Assembly: GCA_030141605.1 (NCBI GenBank)
Contig: JAQGDQ010000030.1
Span: 479,171 to 543,170, forward strand
Reading direction: 5' to 3'
Length of the DNA: 64,000 bases
Source: Tubiluchus corallicola
Lineage: Eukaryota > Animalia > Priapulida
Position numbers and translations under genes: made by a program. Below, in pieces: positions 10,030 to 24,400 of the stretch. The first letter of the stretch is position 1, and every line of letters starts with the position of its first letter. The notes under the pieces are model-generated. The model saw only the letters and a program-made list of their open reading frames with translations. It was not told the DNA's origin and searched no databases.

Positions 10030-11403
10030 TATCATTGATGTTCACTTAGTCTACAATCTTAGCCTATTTTGGTCGCAGGCTGAAATGTGACATCATATAT
10101 TTCAATATATTTTATTTATTATAATTCCGTTCATATTATTGCTTTACGATGTAATAACAAAAACTATATTTTTTAGGCTACCAAGTTCATTTTTGGTGTG
10201 TTTAATTGACATTGAAATATTTTTGTGTACAAAATAGTTAGTTTGTAACAACAGTTCGAGTTGTAGTTGTTCGTAGACATTCTCATAATTGTCATCCATG
10301 GTTTGGTAAATTTTGAGAACCAAACTTAAGTTTTACATATTATGTCATGTTGTTTTAGACTTGTTCTACATATATCGTTTTTTTAATTTTGGGAATAAAC
10401 AAATTAGTTTATTGCATGAATGCTAGTCTGCAGCACTGACAAAATTCTGTGTTAGAATGAATATGTCTGATTATTCAAATACAGCAATCAGTAAAAATTT
10501 GATATTTCACTTTTATCATTTTTAGTATTTTCCGCGCACCAGTACTTGTCTTGTCTAATTGCGCTAATTGTCTTGTATTCAGCATGAGAGGCTACACAAA
10601 CGGACTCACTATTTTTTGAAATATCTGGTTGCAGTATCATCACCATGACTGTATTTATGTACTATAGACATGTACTCTTGTTCATAAGTTGTTCATATGT
10701 AAAATCACTATCTAGTCTTTACCTTAAATACAGTTTATTGAATAATTTTTCTCTCACCACAATACAGATATCTTGTAATAAACAACTAAAAACCAATTAC
10801 TTTCCAATTAGTGTAGTGTCTTAAGAAATGGACTTGAAATACAATACAGGCATTCTTCAACTTATGACCACACTTCTGGCCGAGGGGTTGTAAGGTGAAT
10901 TTTACGCAGTATTCAAGTAGTACACCACTACACACAAAACGTTGTGTGTGTACGTGCACAAAGCATGACGGTACCTACAGTTGAATTTATTGAAACAGAT
11001 AGTGATTTGAAGATAATTTATTTAAAAAACTAGAAAATGAGTTATAGTTAGCTATGTATAATTAATTAAGTTATTCTCGGGTCATAAAGTTGGACAGTCG
11101 CAAGTTGATGACTACCCGTAGTAGTGAAAGTTAGCAACAAAACATTAATGTTATGTAAACATAACAAAAAAGTTAGTACCCAAATTAACACAGCATTGTT
11201 CAGAAAGTAGTTCACTCAGTAACTTGGTTACAACCATTTCTCAGTTGTTGAAAAGTATCAAAAAATACAGGACACTGGTGAAATATAAATGGCAAAAAAG
11301 TGGAACTTCAAATTTCAACAAGACTGAAAATATCGAATTTTTATTAATACAGTATAATTATTAACTTGTAAGTACTGTGTAGCACAGAAAAAGTCTGAAA
11401 TCC

Positions 11404-14400
11404 TTAAACGCTATCCAGAATAGCTTCAATTTTTTCAATCAGTTCTTCACGTTTTTCGATTGTGGCTTTTTCCACTTCGATGTACTGAACTCTGTTCATT
11501 TTGTTGGCAACAACTTTCTCTGCATATGTTATAGCAAGAGCGATTTGCTCCTTAATACTTCGATCCAACTTTTGCAGTTCTGCAACCTTAAAAAATTAAA
11601 TTCAGATAAACGTAGCTAAGCAGACAACGAAATTAGTTCAATATGATTATAAACAAAACTCGTTAAATTGGCTTAATGAAACTCAACTTGCTACATTAAT
11701 TTTCAAGTAATTTAGAGAATGTACGATTTTCAATTATGTACGAATGCACAAAATAAACCACAGAAAATCGTATTAAGAAATTAAGTGCTGCACTTTTTAG
11801 TGTTTAAATCGGTAATTGTTAATTTAATAAATATCAGCATGTCGTGTTTATCGCACTATTTAATATAAAATCATTAAGGTGGTTTATGCAAGCAAAAAAT
11901 TGTACGATCTGTTTGATGGGCTCCAATAATCGTTATACACATACATGCAGTCTTAGCTTTCAGGATACCACTCATGGACAAATTAAGATGACATGTTACC
12001 AATGCAGTTAAATTGATTGTGAACAAGGAGGCACAAACCACCTAAGTACTAATGTGCAAATTTACATCGGAGTTAGTTAACGGTGATGTAAAATAGACTT
12101 GACACAGCAAATAAGTTGACGGGTGGGGAGACTGATTTATTTCCTATATTTAATACATGATGGAAACTGAGATAGGACTAGGCATTATAACAAGACATGA
12201 CTGTAGTTTCAACGCTTTAAGGATTCTCAGGTTGATTGCTTGTAGTGGGCTGAAATGCATAAAAAAGCATGAATATTTCTGAATGTACTCACTTTTTCTG
12301 CGATGTCTGCTGCATCAGGTTTTAACTTTTGTTGTATATCCGAAATTGTCTGAGTGAAGAGTTTGTAATCCCCGTCTACTTTTTTACTAGAAATTTAGTG
12401 AATAATCAAAATTATAAATAAGAGCTTAGCATTTTTAATAAGCTATTTCAAACGCAATGAGCCATTTCAAGAAGATGACCAACAGGCTAACAAAAGGTCA
12501 AAGCCAAAGTTTCCTCTGCAAGTGTCAACAATGTGCCAAGTTTGACTGGCTTCATCTGAGCAGTTTCGAAGGTACAGTGACAAACATTTGCACTGATGCA
12601 CTTACGGAGATATACGTACCCCAAATTTTGCTAAAGGAAAACTAAAAAACAACAAAAAATTTGACTAGTGTACAAACCGGTTAGATGTGAAAGCACCAAC
12701 ATCTTTGCTAGACTTGTACTTGTTTATCGCGTCATCATATGCTTGATAGACGGCGCTGCGTTGATCCTGAACTTTCCGCAGTTGCTCGACAAGTGCCGAA
12801 ACACGCATGCGACTCTCGCTTGCTGAATCCTGTAAAATATTCCTAACTAATAACAAAGCCTGGAAAAACAATATTTTGTAAGATAAGATAAGAATCTGAG
12901 ATAAGATAACATGTGTCCAATCTTCCACCGATTTTATGTTCATAGCCAAAATTCCACTTTATTAAAAGATGGAAATAATGTGAATGCTTGACAAAGTACT
13001 ACACTAGGTAACAATTGACTTGGCAAAATACTATTAATCTAGGCAGGACACTAGGTAAGGTCAGACATTGGGAACAGAAAATATTGTGACTTTCACTACA
13101 GAAATTGCCATTTTCCTTAGGAAATAAACTGAAATTACGGATGAAAACAATAACAAACAACAAGACTAATGCTGCAGTTCTCACAAGTGCCTGGAGTGCT
13201 TATGTATCAGTCTGGCAGAGACAGAGAAAATTTACAGGAAACTACAAGCATCGGTGCCAAACCACAAAAATTTGTTAAATGCAGTACTGATATTATAAAC
13301 ATGTTTTTAACATCAGCGCATCAATTACCGGACACATAGTTCAAGTACAATACAAATTACAAAAAAAATTCCTGGTAGGAAAAAATATTATTATTAGAAA
13401 TTCACAATGGCCATTTCAATGCTACATGAGATATGTATTAAGGCAAATGCAACCTTTTCGCAAGTGGAGATCCAGCTGCCTGTGTTTGGCGGTTTCGCAC
13501 TGTAGTTTCAGCTAAAAATTAGAATAAAGCCAAGACAAACATACCTTAGATATGGAAAAGTCCAGTCTCACCCAAATGATGACGACCATGAACAACACCC
13601 AGAAGGAGATTATCACCATTGCTGGTTCACGCAGCAAGTTTAGCTTATTAAAAGTGTACTTCACCTGCATAAAAAACAAGTAAATAATTTTCAATTAGAC
13701 ATAAAGGTAGAGAGCATCTGTCTTAACAACAAGCAGGCAAGCCATATTAGCGACATTCTAGAAATGGTAATGTGTTGTCCGTCCGGTAACTGCTTCATCA
13801 TCAGCATCAATATCAATGCCATCATCTTTATCAACAACATGTCGTCATTGTAGTTGTTATCAAAATCATTCTCATTCTTATGTGTCATCACCACCATAAT
13901 AATTAGCAGTATATTATGTCTGTCTACGATAACAAAAAATGAGATGTACCTGTATTACAACACAGGCTTTTTGTAGGGCGCAGGTTCAAGTTATTATTGT
14001 CAGAATGCAAAAAATTCTTGAAGAATTTAATTTAAGTTCAAGTCACGCTTGTTGGAGATTTCATCTTAATACAGTTTTAGTTAAAAAACTAATTTAACCA
14101 TTGTTTGAATCGCTTTATATAAATCGGGTGAAATGAGTAATTCTCCATTGAATTGCTTAATTAGATTCCCACAACATTACGTCTTTTCGTACCAACCTGC
14201 AAAATAAATATTAAATAACATTCAGAAAACCACCTCAAAATCTTGAATGTGCTGCTCCACCAAGTTACTTTTGTGCAGTACAATAACAGGGCGTCCCCAG
14301 TAATCCAGGTACGTATAATGTTTCTCATCAGGTAGTCTGTCGATCTGGAAGCCACAACTTATCTCAATGTTGCTGAAAAACATAACATATTAACCTTGTA

Positions 14401-17400
14401 AAAGTAAAATAAATTGCAACAAACATACAAAAATCATAAAAACAAAAAAACACAAACGAATAATAAAGCAAAATGCTGAATGAAGCCAACAAATGCATTG
14501 AAATGTTTTTCTGAGAAGCTCAAATAAACTGGGTGTAAAATTTAAAACATATAAGCTGCTAGCAAATAATTGTACATTTTCACCAAACATTTACTTGCTA
14601 TAACTTACAATAATGAATGGAAAATTTATTAAAATCGAAACGTCTTGATAGTATAATGTTTTGTGGTTTGAATTATTAGTAAATACAAATTTTGCTAAGG
14701 CTTGAAAGTTGAAATGAATTGGCTTTTGTAAAATGCTGCATATTTTCAGTGTGTACGTATTTCATAATTTTATTTCCAATCAACTTGATGTTAAAAAGCT
14801 TGGAATAAATACAGTAGTACTGCCTAAGTTATATGAGGATACTAACCTGGCGCCCTCGGGCAGAACAATACGAATCGTTGCATCGTCAATTTGCTGATCA
14901 TCAAACACATGATCAACGAACCGAATCTTCAACAGGTAGTTATCACCTATTAATAAAACAATTAGTTTTTCAAGCATCAATAAAGGAATCAGTCAAATGA
15001 GCTCAGTCACAAGGGCACTGTATCTGCTTAGTAAAATTTGAACTGTAGCTCAGAACAAGTATAGCTTAATGTCAGTAAACAAAAACATGGAAAGTTCTGA
15101 TCTGTATTTTACCCAGTGTATGCACACCCGCAAGAAACAGGCATTCCAAACGAGTCGGCTTAATGTACTGGGCTATGCTACCCAATTCCTAGGTAAATGC
15201 TAGCCTAAAGTATCAAACGTAGTGCTCAGCATGCTGCAGGAAAATTTTTTCAAAATGTACATGGATTTGTGGTTTGTACTAAAATTTTCTCTCTCTCTTT
15301 CTTTTTCTCCCTCCTTCACATTGGCACTGTCGAGGAATCAATTTTTCAAGGCCAGAATTTTGTTACATGTTTCCAGAATCTAAACAGATTCCCACCCGTA
15401 GCTTTTTAGGAGAACCTATAGAATCAAAGTCTAAAGTACATAGTTCAAGTACGATGAATTATAATTATTGAAACAGCGAAGATTGGATTTCAATTAAAAT
15501 ATTTATTATAAGAATTAATCACTATCAGAAGTGACATATTTTTCAGAATGAGACCAACATTTCCTGATTCAGTCTCCAAGCCATTTAGAAGTTTGTCAAT
15601 TCTTCTGTTTGTCAGTGAACCACAATCATCATTTCATTCATTAAGAAGTATATAACAAGCATTAACAACAAGAACTGCTTTAAATTTACGCGAAACACGA
15701 AAAATTTTACTGATAACTTGACAAATCTGTCGTTTCCAAACTTTACACCATCTACGTGGAGCTTGTGTTCTTGTTGGCTTGGCAGATTAGTGCCAGTATT
15801 TCATTTATGTCTTTAATATTCAGGTAAAACCTGCACGAATCTAATCAGATTCAGGGTACTGGGCATTGGCATGAATGAATTCAGGGATTTGCATCAAAAT
15901 TCTGGCTTTTCAATGAAAATATCTGATGTGCGCAGCTGTTTCTCAACATTTTACATGATAGTGTCAAAAATGGTGCTGACCCGGGATACTTCTCAAAATG
16001 AAATTTTCGCAGAAACCTGGCTGGACTTTTAACCAACACCATCTTAAACGAGATTGGCTCACTCTGAGCCAATTCACTGACAAAAGGAACAGCAGTGCAT
16101 GCATTATTCTTTCTCCCACATAAAAATTTTGAAAACAGGTAATATGATCAGATGTTACTAAAGCTGCTCCTGAAATGTACACTAGAAACTTAGGCTGGCT
16201 CACACGATTCACATGAAATCTTGATCAGGCTTATGCAAATGACAACATAATTATTATTACATAACATCGGAAGAGTACCTTCATTGAATAGATACTCATA
16301 GCTTGGGAGATTGTACCCCAGTAGGTAACGAGTCTTCCAGCCTCCAAAGAGAGGAAAACGAGGCCGCAGCTCGACCTCCACTGAGTCATGCATCTCTCGC
16401 AGATGACTGGTGGAAATATTACCAATTTCATCTCTGTAGTAAACGTCGGATGCAGCTGCAGGTAGCAATGTCTGAAATCACAAAAAACAGGCAATAAGTC
16501 GAACAGATCTAATTTTAGATGTCAGTACAGAAGCACAATTTGCAGTTAAAAACAAGCACCGCTATGTTGTAACTTTTCACCATCAATTAGGTTAATCACA
16601 ATGAATGCCCATAAAACTGGTGTTTTACAACAAAAACGCAAGAAATCAAGGTCAACTAAATAAACAGACCCTAAGCACAAACACGATTACAAACAAATAA
16701 AGATTCTCTGATTTATTTTGAGGAACTCAACCCAGTTTGTAGGAATGCCAGTTCCGGATCGGATCCAGAGTTGTATGTGTCGGATTTACAAATGAATGTA
16801 AATGATACTTCATTTGTTTAGCCTTTTGTTTCATGTGGTGGTATCACCTGTTTGTTTCCAGAGTCACTGAGTAATTTTAATGTGGAGACTGTGCAAACGT
16901 TTCTTTAAAGTTGATGTACTGTAATTTTGAACACTTGACTTGTGCTTCAGTTCTTTATTGCATGTACCACATATAGCATAATCTCTGTCCGGTTTACACT
17001 AAAAATCTTCAAACTATGCTTTTAGTGGCAGTACATGGTTGTAAATTTTAACAGATATTTTTGCAGCAATTGTGTGCAAGAAGATTACTGGTATTGCTTG
17101 CGAGTGCAAGCATGGTGGCATAAAAACTAAGTGATACTTTCGTATATTTTTGAAATTTTTAATAGAAGCCCTCGTCACAGTCTTCAAAAAAATTAAGAAC
17201 TAGATAGGTAATTAAACTGTTACATATATTTTCTTCTTACCCGGAGTAGTTTTTTCATAGTTGGTGCACAATTTACAAATAGAGAAATAGAAATACAAAT
17301 AGTGCAGAATCCGATGAACATTTCTGCCAGATCTGGGATCCACTAAAATGACTAGAACCGGATTCGGCAGATCACTACCAGTTAGTGATGCGAGCAATGT

Positions 17401-20400
17401 AAACTTGCCAAAACATGACCTCACACCTACTTAATGAATGCTTTAAAGGTTTTGAAAATATTTAATAATTCAAAATTATAATATTTATATTAATATATTT
17501 ATTTTAAAAAGCTATTACCAGATTTGAAATTTAAGCTCTCAATGACTGCAATCGAGAAATCGCTTTATTACATCCCTAATCTAATTGTAAAACTATATTA
17601 ATGGTACTAAATTAGGGCTCACTATTGAGCCTCAAAATTATCAGAATTAACAAGTCACTGCCATTGGTTACAGTTTCAGTAGCAAAAAAATGCATAGTGC
17701 AAAACCAGCAACACAACTATGCTTAAAATTGAAAACAATTTCTGGAAGAGATCAAATGGTTAGTGCTGCTTTGAAAAGAATCATTAACGTCGCAGCTCAC
17801 CTTATATGCCCACACAGAATTGCCACCTGTTTTGTCCCTCTGGTATTCATATCGAGAAAATGTTCCCTTCAGTATTGCACCAGTGTGCCTCAAATCTATC
17901 TCCTCCTCTACGGCAATGTTTCCCCAGTGTGAGACTTCGATGCTACGTTCTATGTGACTTATGGCTAAAAATGGTACATTGCTTTCAAAATGTACCCGCA
18001 TTTCTTCCTAAAATGTACAATAGTAAACTTAAAATAGAAATTATTACTTCTGGTGCTGTACTCGTACTCTGTTTCCTTCTCACAAACTTTTACTATGATA
18101 AAGTTCGCGTGGTCTTAATTTATGCTTGATGTAAACAGGTGACGATTTTTTCCAAGATTTTGCTTAAAAATCTTGTAATCAAGACTGACCTTGTTTTCTT
18201 CTCTTATTTTCACATGTGCAGAAAGCTTTTACAAGCTCTAAGCTTCTTCAGTGTTTTGCAGTACAATATGTAGAATCTACGTAAATTGTTCTGATATGAT
18301 GCTAATTATTTTGGTTATATAATTTTATTTTTGTTCATGTTTATGTTCTGTTGTACTAAAGTGAAAATAAATTAAAAACTGGATATGCAATAGGCTTTTC
18401 CGTTTCCTTCTGACGTTTCGGCATTCAAGATATGACAACTGTAAGCCAAATATTTTAACAATGCACGTATTTTAAAAATTCTAAATAAATGCTGGGTCTA
18501 TATTGTATATTTTAATATTAAAAAATGTTAGAAGTGTACTGTACCTGTTTAAAAGGCTCTACATTCTCATAAGGTCCATATGTAGCTTCACTTTCGCTCA
18601 CTGATACAGGTTTGGGCACCTTACTGTAAGATTCAATGTTATTCGTGGCCGCTTTTACCACCGTTTTCTGTTCTTTTGACACATACGGCGAGAAGGCATA
18701 TACATTTCCGGTGTAGAGAATGAGCTGCTTTTCTGCTTGGCCAATGTGGGTCGGAAATGGCTGCTGTGAGTGAGTGAAAACTGTTTCCACATCAACTGTT
18801 GTCGTTTTTTCGGGTCCCAGTTTCTTCGGTAGCGTTATACGGTAGAAATTAATTGTCCTGAATTCAAGAAAAACTCATTTTTTAACACTATTGCCAGTAT
18901 AACCTGGTCTATTTTTTGGTGAATATGAAACCTTACAAAGACGAAATATTCTGTGCTGTGTCATAAGTATCTTCCAATTTTCAAATCTATTAAATTAACT
19001 AATCCAAATAACCTTGCATAGCAAGTGACAAGTGTGCACACTATTTCAACTTACATCAGAAATAATTTAATCAAGATCCCACAGAAGTAGAGATTATCTA
19101 AAATGCAGGTAATAGATCATGGTTATTTATTAAATACAACTATTTCTTAAAGAAAGTGTTAGCAAAACAACACAAAATAAAACTGCCTAAACAGAAATTT
19201 ATTTTAAAAACTTACACTTGATTAGGAACAGATGTAGGAACAACATTCAGATTTTCACCTTCCTCACCAAGAGATTTTACCTATAATAAACCAGGATAAC
19301 ATTAATTTAAAACCAAACATGTATAACTGACTTTGGGGGTTTTTATCCATTACTCGAGCAATACTAGCAATTATTTGCGAATTACAATACGAGGTCCTGT
19401 ACAAGTTGGGCTGTGTTTGAAATTCAGGACATAATGGTACATTACTGCAAACTGTATGTAAAATGACGCTAGCAACAATGTCACATTCCTTTTTTTAGTT
19501 GACATTCACATAGTCGGATTATTAGAAATACTAAGTCAGTGTTGTTTCAATAAATAGCATTTCAATCGGATGTATTTGTTACATGGCCAAATTGCACTTG
19601 CTTGCACAGGCTGTCTGATTGTAGAGTTTGTTAATTTCTCAAGAGAATAAAAGAGCAAGTACACAGTTTTGAAAAGCTATAATTGTAGCTTTGCACAGCT
19701 GTCAAGCACCTATTTTAATGAAAGTTAATCAATCATTTTGTAAACAGACAAGCCAAAAGAAAAAGGCATCATAGCGGTGCTTGGTCCACACCAAGTACTG
19801 CTAGGATGCTTTTTTCTTTTGGTTCTTTGGAAGGCACTTTATAGGTCATTGTAAAGAGAAAAAACGAGGCTAACACGATGAGTTCTCTTACACTTGCCTA
19901 CACTAAGAAGAAGAGCTTCGAGTTAGTTTGGGAGAACATTCTTTCTGGACGATCTTGTACAACGCATCATAGAGAATTACACATTGTAGCTATTACACAT
20001 AAACATATTAGTAATGGCTAAGAAAAAAATTTTGTTTTAGAACACTGTCAACATAACATTATCGTATTTCACACGAATATACGGAGTGTAAAGACACATG
20101 TACAAACTTATTCTGTAATAATGCCCAAACCAGTACTTTATCTCCTATGAGATATGATTTAATAGCAGACCTCTCAATCCCAATGTAGCAACTATGGAGA
20201 TTCTTAAAAAACCCTGGATATTTCCTAGAGATTTTATATTATGTAGTGGATTTTTTGACATCCAATTTAAATATACCTTACATCAAACGTTAAAATTAAG
20301 CTCGCTAATAATGGTTAATTCAAAATCGCAGACTAGAGATGCAAGTTTGCTAAATTTGGTTGTTAATCATGGTAATATGCGGCACCTTTTGAGTCGTTTT

Positions 20401-21064
20401 TCTTATGAAGCGAGTTTATTTAAAGTTAATTAAACATTGTGTGGATGTGGTAACTCTAAACTGGCTAGTGGCTTTCATGCTTTTTTTAGCTTTGTTCAGT
20501 AAAATCATAAAATTTACTGTTGTTTTTATTTACCACGAGAAAACAAAAATGTACAGTGAGACAGCGAGAAGTGAGTTAAAATTTGTTACCTTAAATACTC
20601 GTTAGAGTTTGAGAGGTCTGTTAGTGGTATTACTTTTAGCTTTACCGTTAATTATTGGGACAGCGATTGTCATCACAAATAAAATTTAGTTATACGGTTC
20701 ATAGTGCTGATTACGCTAATGACATAAACAGCCGTAGGGTCCAGCAATATAATTTATTAATACTATAAATTAGGACGTCACTAGCTAGGCTTCAGATGTA
20801 ATAAAATTAACTTACAGAAGCTCCAATAAAAGAAAGCTGCTTAGCAGTGGATGGTTCAAAGGCAACGAGAAACGACTTGATGTCTTGTTTTCCTGTATTT
20901 TCTAACGTGTAGGAAGTTATAATTTTGACAAGTTGACTGGTGAGATCTACTTCTCTTTCGACATTTGACTGAACTAAAAGTGAATTAATCTCGTCGCGGT
21001 TCTCTGACATACAAAAACCGACAAGCATTAGGCCTACTAGATTAAAGAGTGCTAAGCATCTCAT
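11404..21064 (-). CDS. RPN1: Ribophorin I, oligosaccharyltransferase subunit 1; 11 exons, about 604 aa
   Basis: Exons: 21064-20816, 19280-19216, 18857-18545, 18007-17801, 16471-16279, 14946-14847, 14372-14234, 13664-13545, 12829-12678, 12386-12293, 11586-11404 (1815 nt, all GT-AG, phases consistent). Signal peptide; motifs [47 protein letters not shown]; [30 protein letters not shown]. Confidence 0.96.
16740..17377. mobile_element. hAT-like MITE in RPN1 intron 4
   Basis: Ends TAGGAATGCC... and ...GGCAGATCACTA; subterminal CCGGAT/GGATC repeats; 8-bp flanks CCAGTTTG and CCAGTTAG (7/8 match, TSD-like). Confidence 0.7.
19751..19824 (+). repeat. Long inverted repeat / hairpin in RPN1 intron 1
   Basis: Core arms 19753-19785 and 19790-19822 with loop CCAC; 29 of 33 Watson-Crick pairs, 3 G-U and 1 mismatch on the + strand, plus 2 flanking pairs. 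Confidence 0.85.
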
Positions 21065-21415
21065 CTTCGTTACTTTTTAAAGATTTGTCGGATACAAAAC
21101 GCACAAAATTATCTAAAAACGTGTAAAATACCGGCAACCTCGCTGAGCTGCTGAGTTGTCACTTCCGGGAAAACTTCCGGTTTCATTTTTAATTCAAACT
21201 GTTTTATTTTCCACTTTCCTTAAATTTTTGAAAAAACTGACTTTCAAGAAGGGCGTCTTATCAATTAAATTCTGTTCAAAGGGTTACTTTGCGTTCTAGA
21301 TAATATTTAGGTGCTAGGTGAGCACCTAAAATTCTTAATTCACGTCAAAGTCGTGAAAGAACATAACTCAGTAAGTTAAGTGTAGTTTCCCGCCAAATCT
21401 ACGAAGACATCAAAC
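21065..21415. promoter_or_regulatory. Bidirectional promoter region of RPN1/IPO9
   Basis: Divergent ATGs 351 bp apart. Tandem ETS-type ACTTCCGG x2 (21161-21180), TGACGTGA on minus (21340-21347), E2F-type TTTCCCGCCAAA (21386-21397). Confidence 0.75.
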
Positions 21416-24400
21416 ATGGCCACTTCCATGACTGGTGAATGCACTACAAGTCCTGGCAACTTAAAGGCTGTTTTGTACGAAACGTTAGTTGCTATTTTAT
21501 CTCCAGAACATGACGTTAGAGCTTCGGGAGAAGAACAACTTAAAACCTTGGAAGTTACAGAAGGTGCTGTTTTAATTATGATTTTGTAACTAAAGTAAAC
21601 ACTTGTTTTACTACTAATTTAGCTTATTGGACAAGCTAATTTAGATGTAAGGCTAGACTTACTGACTGCCTAAAACTTACTAGTATCGTATATGAAAAGA
21701 CTAACAAATCGTTGAATGAGATAACATACGAAACATTGCCACTATTCTTTAGATTTTAGCTATTTGGTAATAATTTACTCTGTTTCTTAAAATAGCAAGT
21801 ACTACTTATTTTGTAGGTTTGTTTTAAGAGACAATAAGCTGAGTCCTCTAGCGCTATTGGTGTTATATTTTGTCCACCATACCAGATGTCGTTTTTTGAG
21901 TAGAGTAGAGATTCTAGGGACCCTCCCTAAAGCCTCTATAAAAACGTGTATTGTATTGAGTAGTATGTCCTAAAAAGTGTTATTTTGGATGCCATTTGGC
22001 TGTTATTGGGGGGGGGGGGGCTAGAGGAGGTTGGATGATGACTTAAACTGTGTTTCGAGCGGTGTTATGTCACCTCCGCAGTTGATTATAATTGGTGATA
22101 AAAATTGATACTAATTATTGATGTGGCACCTACCTGAAATATTGCTCCCATCCCTTTTGTTTAAAGACACTGCAATTTAATTTCCTTGTGTTTTTGTCAA
22201 AATAAGCCAAAGTTAGATTGACAGTTTCCCATTTGAAATGTTTTGTACCTAACTAATGCGCTTGGTAAGGATTATTTTCTACTTAGGCGGATGAATATAA
22301 AATGCGGAGAATATGAGCAAGTTGCATTTTCCGCTAAGATTAAGCTTTCTGTTATAATTACGAAACGTATACCATCACATCATTTGTCTATTGATTTTAA
22401 TAAACGAAATGAGAAGGAGAATACAACATGCAAGCCATGTTTTTTCCTTCAAACTGTATTAGCCTCAAACCTTCCTGGGGTTGCAATGACACATCAGATT
22501 TGGAAGCATGCTGTACCAATAGAACTTGCAGAAATAACACATAGATTGTTTATCTTTTTGTGTATAAATATTGATCAGGTTGAGTCGTTTTATTGATATT
22601 CATGTGATGCCGTACTTCTGGCCATGCTTAAGGGTAAAAGAAAAGCGAATGGTCAGGTTCTTCCTGATGATTCTATTAGAGTGTTGTTGCACTATGTATG
22701 ACTTAAATGATGTGCATTGCCTTGAGGCTAGTTCGATTAACTTATTCAGCTATTGCAATAGAACTAACAAATGTTTAAGTAATTGTTATTAATTATTTTT
22801 TTCAGAATTTGGTTTACATCTAGCAGAATTTACGGTTGATAGTCACGGTGTACTAGCTGTCCGACAGCTGGCATCAGTCTTGTTAAAACAGTATGTTGAC
22901 TATCATTGGTCAGTTCATTCTGAAAAATTCAGACCTCCTGAAACAAACGAACAGGTAAATGCTAAACAGTAGTACAGGTATTGATGTTTTTCTTCGTTGG
23001 CTGTGAATTATACGTAAGGTAATCATGTGAATTTCTTCTAGGTGACAGTATTCTGTAAAATCTGATTGTTATTACTGTTTACTCGTGTTTTCTGTGTTGT
23101 GCTTTCATACTTAAATATCAATAAACCACTATTTTGTTTTGGACGCACGATTTACTCTTAGCTGAATAATTGTGGAGTTTTACACATTTGTCCTTCATCA
23201 CAAGGTAGTTATTATTTGCATTAAATTTATTCCTTGTTCATTTACATTATTCTTTGACCATTTAATTGCAAAGATGATCATCTTGATTTTACAATAAAGT
23301 AAACATCTTTAAAAAAAATTCATGCTATTTTTCTTGTGAATAGAGGTAGAATGTGTTCATTGCTTGTTGTCAGAAATTTCCACAAAATGACACATAATAA
23401 ATTTGTAAGCATACCATCATCAAACAGTAATTTCACATTCTGGAAATATTAAGATGCTTTGAAATAATTTTTCCTTTTGTAGGGAAAGATCGAATTTTAT
23501 AATTTCAATTATGCAGAGTCTTGTTAATTAAAATTCTGTGTTATGTTCAGAATTAGCAGTTCGTTTATGGGTATACCACATATGTTTTGATATGAATGAA
23601 ACATGCTTTTTATTAATGACTCATTCAATAAAAATAAAACATTTCAGGTAAAAACAGCCATTCGGCGAGTTCTTCCAGTTGGACTGATAGAGTCAATTAG
23701 TAAAGTTCGTTCCAGTGTTGCCTATGCCATTTCGGCAATTGCACACTGGGATTGGCCCGAGTCCTGGCCAGAATTATTTGGACAGCTGATGCAAGCCTTG
23801 ACTAGTGGTGATCAGAATGCTGTACATGGAGCAATGAGGGTGTTAACCGGTTAGTAGAATTACGAACGCAGAATAATTCATTATTATAAGAAATAAAACA
23901 CTAAGCAATTCAGAGTTGGTAAAAAAATTTTTGCATATTTTAAAAATTCACTACAAAAATGCCACTAAACACAGTTAATTGCAGATGCAAAGCTTCTCCC
24001 TTTTTTCGCAAACTTTCACGGACAGTAACAATCTTTTGCAATGTTAAAATGCTGTTACCAATAATTATAATAATGTTCTCCTGACCTGATTGAGAAATAA
24101 ACAGCCTGTTAAATAATTTGCTGTCTCTAGGTGAATCGCGTCAAGTGTTCATTTATTGTCACCTTGTGATCTTTTTTTACCTTACCACGATTAATTACTG
24201 CGATACATGTACTATATATATGTAAATGCTGTCTGGCGGAAAACTTATATTGCTGACTAGTGTTGATTGATATTGATTTTTCCGATCCAATACGATAACG
24301 ATATTTAATCTGCTGCACTGATTTGTCATGATCCAATATTGCTAAAAAATTCTATATATCGTGATATGCTTTTTGTCGAAAAATAGTGCACGAGTAGTTG

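Noticed and set aside
13691-13897. M/D/N-rich ORF, with similar ones near 54750 and 59867
   Set aside because: Degenerate (ATG/ATC)n simple repeats in introns.
14181-14199. Acceptor-like TTTTGCAG|GTTGGT on minus just after RPN1 exon 7
   Set aside because: Would need a 37-nt intron, and exon 7 already joins exon 8 in frame.
22243-22792. 117-aa and 73-aa ORFs in IPO9 intron 1
   Set aside because: TTG starts, no recognisable motif, no splice support.
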